This document shows, in pieces, positions 54,183 to 64,000 of a stretch of DNA of 64,000 nt. A model generated the notes under the pieces. That model was not told the DNA's origin and did no database searches. It saw nothing but the letters and a program-made list of their open reading frames with translations. Source of the stretch: Candidatus Sulfotelmatobacter sp. Its GTDB lineage: Bacteria > Acidobacteriota > Terriglobia > Terriglobales > Acidobacteriaceae. Position 1 is the first letter of the stretch. Each line of letters starts with the position of its first letter. The translations under genes were made by a program, and so were the position numbers. Location: assembly GCA_049512655.1 (NCBI GenBank), contig JBEKWW010000030.1:12731-76730 (forward strand). The letters are read 5' to 3'.

Positions 54183-55493
54183 CTATCGTTTGACGAGGGT
54201 TTCGAGCCTGGAGAAAAAATCCGGGTAAGAAATTGCTGCGCATTCGCTGCCGTGTATTAATGTCTCTCCCTTGGCGCGCAGCGCGGCCACGCTAAAGGCC
54301 ATGGCAATGCGATGATCGCCAAAGGATTGAAGTTCGGCGCCATGCAGTTCCTGCCCTCCCGGAATCGATAACCCATCTTCGCGCTCTTCAACCTGCGCAC
54401 CCATAGCGCGAAGATTAATGGCAATCGAGGCGATCCGGTCCGATTCTTTCACGCGCAACTCCTTGGCGTCATGCACTTCAATTCCACCCTCGGTGTAGGG
54501 AGCGATGGCGGCCAGAACAGGAATCTCATCGATCAGAGCAGCTGAGGTCTGCCCGGAGATTCTTATTCCTTTGAGTCTTCTTCCCTGGGCTTGTATCGAG
54601 CCAACTAACTCGCCGTGAATATCCTGCAAGCGCGTGACTGAAATCTCCAGGCCCACCTGCATGAGAACATCGAGCAAGCTAGCGCGCGTAGGGTTCATCA
54701 ATAAATTTGGCAGCGTCAACTGTGAGCCGGGAAAAAGCGCGGCCGCACATAGAAAAAAAGCGGCACTTGAAATATCTCCCGGGACTGTAGCTTCAATACC
54801 CCTCAGGCGCTGTCCCCCACGTATGCGAACTTCGTTCCACTTGCGGTCAAGCAGTTGGCTATCCACGTCGGCGCCAAATGCGCGCAGAGCCACTTCTCCA
54901 TGATCCCTTGTGCGCAACGTTTCGACGATGTGCGTCTCGCCTTCTGCCTGCAAGCCGGCGAACAGCAGACAAGTCTTCACCTGGGCGCTTGCCACAGGCA
55001 TCTCGTAATCGATCGCTTTCAGATTGCCGCCCTTGATGTGGAGTGGAAGGCGTCCGTCGTGCGATTCAATGTTTGCGCCCATGGCCGTGAGCGGCTTAAT
55101 CACTCGCTCCATCGGACGCCGCGCCAAAGATTCATCGCCCGACATTTCGCTTACAAACTTCTGCCCGGCAAGAATTCCACTCAACATTCGAATTGTGGAT
55201 CCGGAGTTGCCGCAATCCAGAGGTTCGGTAGGCGCGGTCAGGGTTAAGTCAGTTCCCTGCACTTCGATCGCGTTGCTGAGAACATCCTTACGCTCCCACT
55301 TCACGCCGAGTGAACTAAGGCAGCCAAGCGTACTGGCGCAGTCGGCTCCAGTGGAGTAATTGGAGAGCCGCGACGGGCCCTGGGCAATCGCCGCCAACAT
55401 GGCATAACGGTGCGAAATGGACTTATCGCCCGGCAGATTGACGCTGCCGCGCACGTCTTTTGCCGGAAGAATCAGCTGCGAGGCATTTTTCAT
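54183..55493 (-). CDS. aroA: 3-phosphoshikimate 1-carboxyvinyltransferase (EPSP synthase)
   Basis: LPGDKSISHR, GNSGSTIRML, and ...DHRIAMAF near the C-terminus. Confidence 0.95.
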   Translation of the reverse strand: MKNASQLILPAKDVRGSVNLPGDKSISHRYAMLAAIAQGPSRLSNYSTGADCASTLGCLSSLGVKWERKDVLSNAIEVQGTDLTLTAPTEPLDCGNSGSTIRMLSGILAGQKFVSEMSGDESLARRPMERVIKPLTAMGANIESHDGRLPLHIKGGNLKAIDYEMPVASAQVKTCLLFAGLQAEGETHIVETLRTRDHGEVALRAFGADVDSQLLDRKWNEVRIRGGQRLRGIEATVPGDISSAAFFLCAAALFPGSQLTLPNLLMNPTRASLLDVLMQVGLEISVTRLQDIHGELVGSIQAQGRRLKGIRISGQTSAALIDEIPVLAAIAPYTEGGIEVHDAKELRVKESDRIASIAINLRAMGAQVEEREDGLSIPGGQELHGAELQSFGDHRIAMAFSVAALRAKGETLIHGSECAAISYPDFFSRLETLVKR

Positions 55494-55625
55494 GTTGAGA
55501 ATTAATATAACGGAAGCGACCGGCGGAGCAGGAAACCTGATTGACGATTAAGGATTGAGGATTGTTGATTTTTCTGATCGCGGATCTAAGAACCGGACCA
55601 TGCACTCAATTCGATTCGAGGCCGT

Positions 55626-56033
55626 TTAGGGCGACGACTTAGAGCCAGCCCCGACCTCATGCAATATATCCGCCGGAACCTCTTTTATCTTCAGGCTGAA
55701 TTCAAACATCGGTGTCTCCGAGCCACGACCCCAGCGTGCCAGGTCCCAGTGCGCGCGGATGAACTTCGCATCGCTGTGCGCGGTCAGATCGAGCAAGAAT
55801 GGATACTCACCACGATAAAACTTTTGCGGATAGGACACGATGGGCTTTGCTCCCCACGCTGCCCCATCCGCCGAACCAAAGATACTGAGTTCGAGCGCTT
55901 CCTGCTCGACGATGTTCGAGATCTCAAGCGTAAGCAGAAAGATTTGACCTGACGCACCGCTCAGATCAACGGCAGCTCCATCGCCTTTGGCATTTACCAC
56001 GGTTTTTTCAGGAACCAAAAAAGTTTCAAGCAT
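55626..56033 (-). CDS. Hypothetical protein
   Basis: Start moved to ATG 56033 (GGGGAGGG RBS 4 nt upstream), which avoids overlap with the upstream VOC gene. Beta-rich, no family recognised. Confidence 0.5.
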   Translation of the reverse strand: MLETFLVPEKTVVNAKGDGAAVDLSGASGQIFLLTLEISNIVEQEALELSIFGSADGAAWGAKPIVSYPQKFYRGEYPFLLDLTAHSDAKFIRAHWDLARWGRGSETPMFEFSLKIKEVPADILHEVGAGSKSSP

Positions 56034-56077
56034 AGATCCCTCCCCTTCGAGTGCGAACACAAAAACAGCACGCCATC

Positions 56078-56983
56078 CTATTCCGAAGGATGCGGTCCGG
56101 TGAAATCCGAGCAACACGGCTTCTCCGAAGGCTTGAAGTCCATCAGCTCAATCCGCGTCAAGTCTGGGTCGAACAGGTTCAACTGCCATTTACCATCTTT
56201 GCCCATCTGCGCCTTCTCATTTCCATGCGGCCTCCAGCCGTGGGCTTCGAGTATGGCTTGGGCTTTTTTCATGTCGGCTACGCCCAGCGAAATGTGATCG
56301 AGCACACCCATGATTCGCAGATCGGGATGCTCAGGCTGGTTCAGCATATATTCCAGCCAGTCCGTACCGTCCGGAACCTGCATAGCTGCCCAATCGGTGC
56401 GTCCCGGTTGCATGCCGCCGTGCCAGTAGAGGTGAAAGCCAAGCACGTCGCGGTAGAAGCGATCTTCCGCATCGCGATCATGGACGAGAAATCCGGCGTG
56501 AATCATGTGGTGCGAAACCGCCGATTCGGGTGGTGTTGGAGAAGCCTCGCCTCTGATCCGTTCGACAAACTGAATCCGGTGCCCATCGGGATCGGTAAGT
56601 AAAAAGCTGGCGCTACCATCTCCGAGTTTTTCGATTTTTTCAACTTTTATATTTTTGGAGATTAAGTACTGTCGCAAAGCAGCTGCGTCATCCGTGGCGA
56701 AGGCCACGTGATCCATACGGTTCGTCGATTTCGGGTCGGGGTCAGCGCCAAAGCCAACCCACTGCTTTCCCACCCAATATCTGGTTAGTTCGCCAGATTC
56801 GACCGGCGCGGCAGCAACCAGGCCCAATGTGCCACTGTAGAGCGCCTTCACCCCGTCGGGTTGGGTGGTGTAAAACGCGACGTGGTCGATTCCCAGAATG
56901 CGGGGCCGCTTCACCGCCTGCTCTTGAGACTGAAGGAATACTGCCAAAGTAAGAAAAGGCACCAGAGCCAAAGCGCTTCGCAT
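56078..56983 (-). CDS. Secreted VOC family protein (tandem glyoxalase/bleomycin-resistance/dioxygenase domains)
   Basis: Signal peptide, then two repeats of the VOC pattern (GIDHVAFYT...DHVAFAT and HHMIHAGFLV...LDHISLGV). Confidence 0.8.
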   Translation of the reverse strand: MRSALALVPFLTLAVFLQSQEQAVKRPRILGIDHVAFYTTQPDGVKALYSGTLGLVAAAPVESGELTRYWVGKQWVGFGADPDPKSTNRMDHVAFATDDAAALRQYLISKNIKVEKIEKLGDGSASFLLTDPDGHRIQFVERIRGEASPTPPESAVSHHMIHAGFLVHDRDAEDRFYRDVLGFHLYWHGGMQPGRTDWAAMQVPDGTDWLEYMLNQPEHPDLRIMGVLDHISLGVADMKKAQAILEAHGWRPHGNEKAQMGKDGKWQLNLFDPDLTRIELMDFKPSEKPCCSDFTGPHPSE

Positions 56984-57038
56984 ATGGCACCGATTCTAGC
57001 GCGAACCGGGGGCCTGGCGCGAACTGGTCCTTCGGGAT

Positions 57039-57836
57039 TCAAATCCCGTCCAGAAATCGGCGGAAGAGTTTTCCGGCCTCTTCCGGCTGCTCCCAGGGAG
57101 AGTAATGGCCGGCCTTCGGAATCACGCGAAGTTCGCTGCCGGAAATATGCTGGCGCATCAGGTCGGCTTCTTTTATGCCGGTCAGGATGTCTTCGTCGCC
57201 CGTGACCAGCAAAGTGGGTACATCGATTGTGTTGAGCGTCGCTACCGAGTCCGCGCGTTCGGCCATACCGCGCTGCACTTGTGCAACGTCTTCGGCAGAC
57301 ATCTGGCGCATCATCCGCAGAGCCCCCTCGACCAGATCGGGCCGCATCTCGCGAGTGGTGACGCCGAGCAGTCGGGGGATCATGGTCTGAAAAAACGGCT
57401 CTGTGCCGCGTTCCAGAACATCGGCCGCTGCCTGTAAACGTCCGGCCCGCGCATCGGGAGAGTCTTCAGCGGCTTTGGTATTGCAAAGAACGAGCGCGGT
57501 AAAACGGTTTCGGTGGCTTTGCCAAAACTCGAACAAAATATACCCGCCAATCGAAACTCCGATCAACGGCGCGCGTCCGACTTCGGCATCGTCCATTACG
57601 CGCGCGAGATCGGCGGCGTGCTTTTCCATGGTGGCTGGACCATCGCCAACGCTTGAGTCTCCATGCCCGCGCAGATCGGGCAGGATAAGGCGATAGCGCG
57701 TTTCGAGCGCCTGAGCCGCCGGCAACCAAAATTCATGATTTGCGGGGAAAGGGTGCAAAAGGACCACTGGCGGACCCTGTCCGTGGACACGGTAGACGAT
57801 CTCGGCGTCGCCGCTTTTGATTTCGTGACGATCCAT
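57039..57836 (-). CDS. Alpha/beta hydrolase
   Basis: Start at ATG 57836. VVLLHPFP, RGHGDS, nucleophile elbow GVSIGG, and a C-terminal GHYSPWEQPE containing the catalytic His. Confidence 0.85.
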   Translation of the reverse strand: MDRHEIKSGDAEIVYRVHGQGPPVVLLHPFPANHEFWLPAAQALETRYRLILPDLRGHGDSSVGDGPATMEKHAADLARVMDDAEVGRAPLIGVSIGGYILFEFWQSHRNRFTALVLCNTKAAEDSPDARAGRLQAAADVLERGTEPFFQTMIPRLLGVTTREMRPDLVEGALRMMRQMSAEDVAQVQRGMAERADSVATLNTIDVPTLLVTGDEDILTGIKEADLMRQHISGSELRVIPKAGHYSPWEQPEEAGKLFRRFLDGI

Positions 57837-57895
57837 TTTTTGCCGCTGGATTTCGTGACAGGTCGATGCTCGTGACGATCTATCTGCTGCCCAAG

Positions 57896-58210
57896 CTATG
57901 AGGTCGGAACTCGCTGAGCCCCAACCGGCGGCGCCAGAAGCAAAGGCTCTTCGGGCATCACCACCCAGGCGATCGGATAGGAGATGAAGCCAATCACCGT
58001 CATGAAAGAGGCGACGAGCCACACCAGCCGTACGGCGGTGACATCGATATCGAAATATTCGGCGAAGCCCAGGCATACGCCTGCCATCTTCCGGCCCTGG
58101 CGCGGGCGCACCAGCCGCTTGCGCGCGATTGATGAACCAATGCGAACGCCGCAGTAGGCGCAAACCGCGGCATCGTCCTGAATTACCTTTCCGCAATAGT
58201 TGCAGTACAT
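57896..58210 (-). CDS. PspC-domain membrane protein with an N-terminal zinc-ribbon
   Basis: CNYCG...CAYCG ribbon, then KMAGVCLGFAEYFDIDVTAVRLVW (PspC signature) and a TM helix. Confidence 0.85.
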   Translation of the reverse strand: MYCNYCGKVIQDDAAVCAYCGVRIGSSIARKRLVRPRQGRKMAGVCLGFAEYFDIDVTAVRLVWLVASFMTVIGFISYPIAWVVMPEEPLLLAPPVGAQRVPTS

Positions 58211-58462
58211 GGCGTCACCTCGCAGCTTCCTTTAACAACATACGTAATTGTATGCCGAAAGTTCCACATGAAACGAGCTGCTGGTGCCGTCTTAAGGCTA
58301 TGCGACTCTCATCTTTTTCCGGCAACCATCCCAGCGAGACTGTAGTCCTCCCTAAACAAGCTTGTAGAACCGAGGTAGAAATCAATGTCTTGCAACCGCC
58401 GCTTAATGCCTGGGCATCTAGTCTGCACGCAGTTCTACTGCACAGATCCCAGGAGTAACGAT

Positions 58463-59647
58463 ATGACACGCCACTTCACATTCGTCTGCTACCTTGTGGC
58501 CACATTATGCACGGAGATGGCATTCGGTCAGTTCGCATCCGCACAAGTTGCCCTAAAAGTTCCAAAGGTAGCCCCCGGTTCGCCCATCGCATACCTGTAT
58601 GTTTCCAGCAGTCCGAGCAGCGGCAAGAACGAAATCAACGCTTATAGCGTCTCGACGGATGGAGCGTTGACTGTGATCGCGGGTTCCCCATTGGCCGCGA
58701 ACGTGCAATACATGGCTGCCAATGGAAAGTATCTTGTCGGCAGCAATGGAACCGATATCGATTCGTTCTCCATCCAGTCCAATGGAGCGCTGAAAGAGGA
58801 AGGCACCATCAACGCTCAGGCGTTTAATACCAGCGACTGCGGAGGTCCGTTTGCCCTGTTTTTCGATCGGAGCGGCACGACCTTGTACGACCTGGACCTG
58901 TACAGCGATTGTGCTAACAACGCCTACCAGTTCTTTGATATTGCCGGTTCCCAGGGCAGGCTGAATTATCTAGGAATGACCAGCGCCTCCAGCCCGGTGT
59001 TCGACGTGCCGTTGCGCTTTATTGGGAACAATCAATACGCTTATGGATCGCTCTGCTATCAGTATGATCCAAGAATATTCGGCTTCCAACGGGGTAGCGA
59101 CGGCGCGCTAACCTTCACGAACTTCAACGCACCAATTCCGGATGCACCCAGCGGCGGCTTTTACTGCCCCAACATGGCCGCTGCCGATTCAACGAATCAC
59201 GTGGTGGTCCCGCTCGAACCCTTCAACTCCGACTGGGAGCCCAGCGGCCAGACGCGGCTCGCGACCTATACCGCGGATAGCTCGGGGAATCTGACCTCGG
59301 CCAGCACCGCTTCAAATATGCCTACGACTTTGGTCACGAACAAGTCAAACATCTGGGTCGCGGATATTTCGATCTCTCCCTCAGGCGAGCTGCTGGCGGT
59401 TGCGGGAGCCGGTGGGTTGCAAATCTTTCATTTCAACGGCGCTAACCCCATCACCCACTACTCCGGATTGCTTACTACGGATGCGATAAGCCAGCTCTCT
59501 TGGGATAGTGCTAACCATCTTTATGCTATTAGCCAAACCTCGGGTAAGTTGTTTGTATTTTCGGTGACCCCCACCAAGGTGAGCCAGGTAACAGGCTCGC
59601 CTCACTCAATTTCCAGTCCCCTAGCCGTGGTTGTGGTTGCTAAATAG
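58463..59647 (+). CDS. Hypothetical secreted beta-propeller-like protein (lactonase-like repeats)
   Basis: AGGAG RBS before ATG 58463 and a signal peptide. Repeated beta-rich units with S.DG..L-type motifs. The family call is tentative. Confidence 0.6.
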   Translation: MTRHFTFVCYLVATLCTEMAFGQFASAQVALKVPKVAPGSPIAYLYVSSSPSSGKNEINAYSVSTDGALTVIAGSPLAANVQYMAANGKYLVGSNGTDIDSFSIQSNGALKEEGTINAQAFNTSDCGGPFALFFDRSGTTLYDLDLYSDCANNAYQFFDIAGSQGRLNYLGMTSASSPVFDVPLRFIGNNQYAYGSLCYQYDPRIFGFQRGSDGALTFTNFNAPIPDAPSGGFYCPNMAAADSTNHVVVPLEPFNSDWEPSGQTRLATYTADSSGNLTSASTASNMPTTLVTNKSNIWVADISISPSGELLAVAGAGGLQIFHFNGANPITHYSGLLTTDAISQLSWDSANHLYAISQTSGKLFVFSVTPTKVSQVTGSPHSISSPLAVVVVAK

Positions 59648-59655
59648 CATGCAAA

Positions 59656-59680
59656 AGGGCTGGGATCTTATCCCAGCCCT
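59656..59680. terminator. Hairpin between convergent genes
   Basis: AGGGCTGGGA-tctta-TCCCAGCCCT (perfect 10 bp stem). Only short T/A runs flank it. Confidence 0.55.
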
Positions 59681-59707
59681 TCGTCGCCTGAAACAGAACT
59701 TCAACTT

Positions 59708-61000
59708 CTATTCCCGATAGGCTTCGCGAATGTGCTTGCGGGCCATCTCCGCGGGCGCAGTACCTGCATTTTCGGCGAGCACGATTTCGTATTTCTTTAC
59801 CGCCAAGTCGCGTTTCTGGAGCAAGTCGTACATTTCTCCGGCGGCCAGGTTCGCCTTTTGCAGCATCTCCGGATCTGGCTCGGCCACCTGACTGACCAAC
59901 TCATAGGCGCCTGCTGCTTCTGAGAAATCCTTTTGAGTGCGCAGCACATCACCCAGGCTGAGCGCGCTAACTTCATAATGTAGCGTTCCATACTTCCCTG
60001 CGCGGCCGTTTTGCCAGACCGCGCGATACGCGTCAGCAGCCTTTTGAATATGACCGCCGGCGCGCAGCAGATTGGCTTCTTCCAGCGGGAACAAATAATT
60101 TCTGGAATAGCGCGCGCTCAATTCACGCATCAGAGCGCTAGCTTCGTCATAGCGGTGCTCGCGGCGCAGAAACAGGGCCAGCACCACCTTGCCATCAACG
60201 CTGGTTTCGCCGCTGCCATGGGCGACTTGGCGCAGATATTCGAGGCCTTTTTCCTTCGACCCGCTCAAGCCGAGTAAGGCGACGGCAGCCTTTACGCTCC
60301 AGGGCAGGCTGCCCGTCACATAGTTGTGTGCACCCACCACCAGCTTCGCATCCAGATATTGAGGGTCGATTTCCAACACCCGTTCGTGATCGCGGCGAGC
60401 GCCAACCGCGTTGCGCAAAGCGGAGAGCCACGCCCGCTCCACCAGCGCCGTGTAAAGGGCGAACTGGGCACGAGTCACGCCCCGAGCGTAGAGCGCATCT
60501 ACATCATTAGGATTAGATTTTAGCCGCTGCTCTTCTACCGTCTCCGCCCGGGCGACCAGATTTTTGATTTGCTCCTTGATTTTTGGATCGGCGGGGCGAT
60601 GGGCTTGCCCGATAAAGCTATCGTTGGAATACTCTCCGGTGTTCATGGCGCCCATGCGGTAAAGTTCATGCATCAGCGTGGTCGCGAGGAGATGGTTTAC
60701 TGCCGAGGGATCATTCGGATGACGATCCAGGACTTTCTGAAACTCCTGGACGGAGTGCTCGAAATCCATGTTGTAGAAATGGTCAAATGCAGATTCGACC
60801 AACGGATCATGACCCGCGGAGTGCGTCTCGAGATCCGTCTCGGAGTTTTCAGAGGCCGATAATCGGGCTATGCAGCCGGAGGACAAGAGGGTGAGCAGAA
60901 TAAGAATGCTGAAAGGAATCGACCGCCCCGCGAACGCTCGGCTTGCAAATGATTGCCCCAAGAATATCCGGCTCAACTGCATCCCCACTCTTCTGATCAA
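59708..61000 (-). CDS. TPR-repeat lipoprotein
   Basis: Signal peptide with lipobox LLSSGC, then TPR-like helical repeats. The start could instead be the internal ATG at 60982. Confidence 0.7.
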   Translation of the reverse strand: MIRRVGMQLSRIFLGQSFASRAFAGRSIPFSILILLTLLSSGCIARLSASENSETDLETHSAGHDPLVESAFDHFYNMDFEHSVQEFQKVLDRHPNDPSAVNHLLATTLMHELYRMGAMNTGEYSNDSFIGQAHRPADPKIKEQIKNLVARAETVEEQRLKSNPNDVDALYARGVTRAQFALYTALVERAWLSALRNAVGARRDHERVLEIDPQYLDAKLVVGAHNYVTGSLPWSVKAAVALLGLSGSKEKGLEYLRQVAHGSGETSVDGKVVLALFLRREHRYDEASALMRELSARYSRNYLFPLEEANLLRAGGHIQKAADAYRAVWQNGRAGKYGTLHYEVSALSLGDVLRTQKDFSEAAGAYELVSQVAEPDPEMLQKANLAAGEMYDLLQKRDLAVKKYEIVLAENAGTAPAEMARKHIREAYRE

Positions 61001-61247
61001 AGTCCAGTCTAACGGAACTCTGAAAAACTTGAACTCTCAGATGGTCCATATGCAAACTTTCGTTAGTACAGGAAGGTCCGCGACATCTTTACTCGAACTT
61101 CAGAGTAATAATTGCGCGGACTCGGCTTCACGATCTCGCTTAGATTTTGCAAGTGGCTGAGTTCAGAGCTGGTTAGCGTGCGGGACGTTTGGCGCTGGAG
61201 TTGCGAATGCAAGAGACAACCTCCCCCCCAGGAAGCGATTGCGGATT

Positions 61248-61838
61248 ATGGCTGACCTAGTTCACGATGCACAGCGAGAGTTTTGGCGTCCGCCAGCAGT
61301 AACGCCTGCCACCGCATCGTCTTTATCTTTATCATCATCATCCCAGGCACCCTCCCCAGCCGCAGCCCTCGCAGATGTTTGCGGGGGCTGCGGCGCTGAA
61401 TTTATGATTGCGGCACATTTCTGTCATGCCTGTGGACGACGGCGAGGCGTAGTTTATCCATCGGTTTCGCCTGCCGTCTTCGCCAGTGATTCTCTTGGAA
61501 TCCAAGAGCTTTGGAACCAGATTGTCGAGATGGTGAGTGACGGAATGCTGCGCGCCGCGGCAGCGTGGGACAAAATTTCCTTTCCATCCTGGCTGAAGTA
61601 TCTGCATTTCCACGAAATCAAACGCGGTGTGGGATTGCCGACTGGCTCTCTGATCGCTTTCCTGATTGGCTTAGGATGCGTGGCTGGAGCTATCGGAGTG
61701 AGCCTGTTTTACCGGGCAACGAATCTGGCTGAATTCCAGGCGATTCAAATGTGGCGGATGGAATGGCTGCTCGGAGCAACCGCATCGTTCGTCGCCGGGA
61801 TTCTGTTGCGAACCCCATCGGACAGCGAACGCAAATAG
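61248..61838 (+). CDS. Zinc-ribbon membrane protein (hypothetical)
   Basis: CGGCG...CHACG ribbon followed by two predicted TM helices. ATG 61248 chosen over TTG 61239. Confidence 0.55.
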   Translation: MADLVHDAQREFWRPPAVTPATASSLSLSSSSQAPSPAAALADVCGGCGAEFMIAAHFCHACGRRRGVVYPSVSPAVFASDSLGIQELWNQIVEMVSDGMLRAAAAWDKISFPSWLKYLHFHEIKRGVGLPTGSLIAFLIGLGCVAGAIGVSLFYRATNLAEFQAIQMWRMEWLLGATASFVAGILLRTPSDSERK

Positions 61839-61892
61839 CTCGATCCAGTCTTTCCCCAACCTAGTCTTTCCCCAATCTAGTCTCTGCGCGCC

Positions 61893-62762
61893 CTAGTCCC
61901 TCAAAGTCCAGTCTTGATCTTTGCTGCCCACTGCCACCGCGCGCCGCTGCTGGTTCATCCGATAGAGATGGTTCACCGGACCGTTTCCCCGGCCCAGCGG
62001 ACGCCCTGCGGCAATCGCGGCGGTGACATAGGTTTTCGCGAGCAGAGTTGCTTCGGCTAACCCGCGGCCAAGCGCTAAGTGGCAAGCCATGGAAGTCGAA
62101 AACGCACAGCCCGTCCCATGCGTTGCATTGGAATGTAACTTCTCTGTTTTAAACACTTCCTGCTCAATCCCTCTTGCGGTGGTAAAGCTTAATAGGTCAA
62201 TCGCTTTATCCAGGTGCCCACCGGTGACTACTACGGCTGTGGATCCCATTTCGTGCAGGCGGCCCGCCGCCAACCTCATTTCCTCGATATTCGAAACCTT
62301 TAATCCGGTCAGGGAGGCGGCTTCGTCCACATTAGGAGTGAGGACTGTTGCTAAGGGGATCAGCTTATCGATTAAAAGCTTGGAGCCCGCTGCTTCGAGC
62401 AGGTCGGCTCCTGAAGAAGATCTAAGCACGGGGTCCAGAACAATATTTGGCAATTTGGCCTTTCCCGATGCTGCCAGGAACTCAGCCACAGCTCGGACCA
62501 CCTTGCCGGACCCGAGCATTCCTACATGCACTGCGTCAATGGAGACGTCTTTGGCGATCTCCTCAAGGGTTTCCGCGATCAGGCCCGGATCGACGGCCTC
62601 TACCCTCTTCACTCCCGCCGTGGACTGAACTGTCAGGGCAGTAACGCAAGCCACCCCGTAGCAGCCGTGAGCCGCAATCGTCTTAATATCGGCGGTCACA
62701 CCGGCTCCGGATGAGGGGTCAAAACCGGCAATCGTAAGAACTACGGCCTGCGCATCGGTCAT
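61893..62762 (-). CDS. thiD: Hydroxymethylpyrimidine/phosphomethylpyrimidine kinase
   Basis: VLTIAGFDPSSGAGVTADIKT, VVVTGGH and ATHGTGCAFS are typical ThiD/PfkB motifs. Confidence 0.9.
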   Translation of the reverse strand: MTDAQAVVLTIAGFDPSSGAGVTADIKTIAAHGCYGVACVTALTVQSTAGVKRVEAVDPGLIAETLEEIAKDVSIDAVHVGMLGSGKVVRAVAEFLAASGKAKLPNIVLDPVLRSSSGADLLEAAGSKLLIDKLIPLATVLTPNVDEAASLTGLKVSNIEEMRLAAGRLHEMGSTAVVVTGGHLDKAIDLLSFTTARGIEQEVFKTEKLHSNATHGTGCAFSTSMACHLALGRGLAEATLLAKTYVTAAIAAGRPLGRGNGPVNHLYRMNQQRRAVAVGSKDQDWTLRD

Positions 62763-63071
62763 AGTGTTCCGAACCCCTAAGAGCTCTGATTAGTGTTATA
62801 GGCCAGATAATTGGAAAATAAAAAATAGCTTGGGCAGGCAACCCATTCTGCAACTTACTGACGCCAAAGCAAGTTAACACATATTCCGCGTAAGCCGCTG
62901 AGAACATTGATGATGAAAATACCTCTCGCCATAAGGATTCCACCTATTTACTGTTTTATAAACAGATAAGCTCAATGTTTTGAGCGACATCAACAATATG
63001 TAGTATGATTAACAATGGGTTACGTGAGATATCGATAACTATCCAATCATCATAAGCCGGGCTTTTTCGGA

Positions 63072-63100
63072 TTGACAACCCCTCCCCGGCTCTCTACCAT
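63072..63100 (+). promoter_or_regulatory. Putative promoter of rlpA
   Basis: TTGACA (63072-63077), 17 nt spacer, TACCAT (63095-63100). Confidence 0.35.
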
Positions 63101-63162
63101 TTACAGAACGTTAACGAAAATCTGGCCAGGACGAACTTTTTTGAGTATGCGAGGAGAACTGA

Positions 63163-63666
63163 ATGCGAAGACGTTTAGCTCATGGACTGATGATCGGGTT
63201 ATTGATCATTGGGCTGGGAGCAGCTCAGGGTCCAAACAACTCGGAGGCCCGTTCCGCCCCAAGTAGTTCAGCCCAAATCAAGCCCGAAAACCAGAAAGTA
63301 GCCAAGAACAAGCCGTTTGAGGTTGGTACGGCTTCATGGTATGGCGAGGATTTCGAAGGTAAGCCTACCGCTAGCGGCGAAGACTATGACATGTACGACA
63401 TGACCGCAGCCCACCCAACCCTGCCGCTGGGGAGCTATGTGCGGGTCACGAACCTGCGCAACGGACGAGCGGTGGTAGTAAAGGTAAACGACCGGGGCCC
63501 CATCGTTCCCGACCGGATTATCGACCTATCTTACGGTGCTGCCGAGGCGTTGCAGTTTCAGCATCGCGGCCTCCAAAGGGTGCGCCTGGATCTGGTAAAG
63601 CCACGGGGACAGCAAAGGTCCTATGAGACCATCGCCTACAACCACCCCTTGGCGGAGTTTCACTAA
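63163..63666 (+). CDS. rlpA: Septal ring lytic transglycosylase RlpA family protein (DPBB domain)
   Basis: GAGGAG RBS. Contains [59 protein letters not shown]. Confidence 0.85.
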   Translation: MRRRLAHGLMIGLLIIGLGAAQGPNNSEARSAPSSSAQIKPENQKVAKNKPFEVGTASWYGEDFEGKPTASGEDYDMYDMTAAHPTLPLGSYVRVTNLRNGRAVVVKVNDRGPIVPDRIIDLSYGAAEALQFQHRGLQRVRLDLVKPRGQQRSYETIAYNHPLAEFH

Positions 63667-63684
63667 CCGATTACACTGCCAGAG

Positions 63685-64000
63685 ATGCTAAGCGAAACTG
63701 TCATCTCTGGCAGCGCAAAACCTGCCTCCGATTCCCGCGAAAAACTCATTGTAGCGCTCGATGTCTCCACGGCTTCAGCTGCGGAGAAAATTGTGACCGC
63801 TCTTGGCGACTCGGTTCTCACCTACAAGGTCGGGATGCAGCTTTATACTGCGGAGGGTCCGCGGATCGTGCGGGATTTGGTGGCCTCCGGCCGGCAGGTC
63901 TTTCTCGACCTGAAGTATCACGATATCCCCAACACTGTGGCATCGGCGGTTCGCGAAGCCGCACAGCTCGGTGCCAGCATGATGACCGTCCACGCCCTCG
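63685..64000 (+). CDS. pyrF: Orotidine 5'-phosphate decarboxylase (5' part, runs off the right edge)
   Basis: LIVALDV...YKVGMQLY...VFLDLKYHDIPNTV carries the PyrF active-site motifs DxKxxD. The frame is open to the window end. Confidence 0.85.
   Translation, partial: MLSETVISGSAKPASDSREKLIVALDVSTASAAEKIVTALGDSVLTYKVGMQLYTAEGPRIVRDLVASGRQVFLDLKYHDIPNTVASAVREAAQLGASMMTVHAL

Noticed and set aside
57837-58196. 5' extension making the alpha/beta hydrolase ORF 385 aa
   Set aside because: It overlaps the PspC/zinc-ribbon gene in another frame. MDRHEIKSGDAEIVYRVHG... is a typical hydrolase N-terminus.

Overview
A moderately GC-rich bacterial chromosomal segment with no rRNA, tRNA, CRISPR array, integrase or intact transposase. 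By gene content it is probably Acidobacteriota (Terriglobia-like). This is an inference from SBBP-repeat proteins, Ser/Thr kinase-TPR fusions, S53 peptidases and a REP whose translation reads HGFSRA. Most of the window is housekeeping: cspA, polX, queF, groES-groEL with a CIRCE operator, thrC-thrB, aroA, thiD, rlpA and pyrF. Many genes for secreted or envelope proteins are interleaved with these. Accessory items are an Xre/RES type II toxin-antitoxin pair and a REP-flanked remnant of a RAYT transposase. I see no recognisable defence island. The most unusual feature is in two adjacent genes (47889-50726 and 50963-51961). In each, the last Ig-like domain is interrupted by the same ~60-70 aa insertion: TM helix, basic loop, then a lipoprotein-signal-like TM helix ending in a lipobox Cys. 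The remaining strands of the domain follow the insertion. I do not recognise this as any named sorting signal. Secondary points of interest are:
- a Spinster-like MFS gene translationally coupled (ATGA) to a ceramide-glucosyltransferase-like GT2
- a Tat-signal SelA-like PLP enzyme
- a degenerate receiver domain
- two paralogous Trp/Gly/Tyr-rich envelope proteins
- a C-terminal frameshift and an apparently leaderless promoter on a kinase gene
- several intergenic palindromes
All family calls rest on motifs read by eye. No searches were run.
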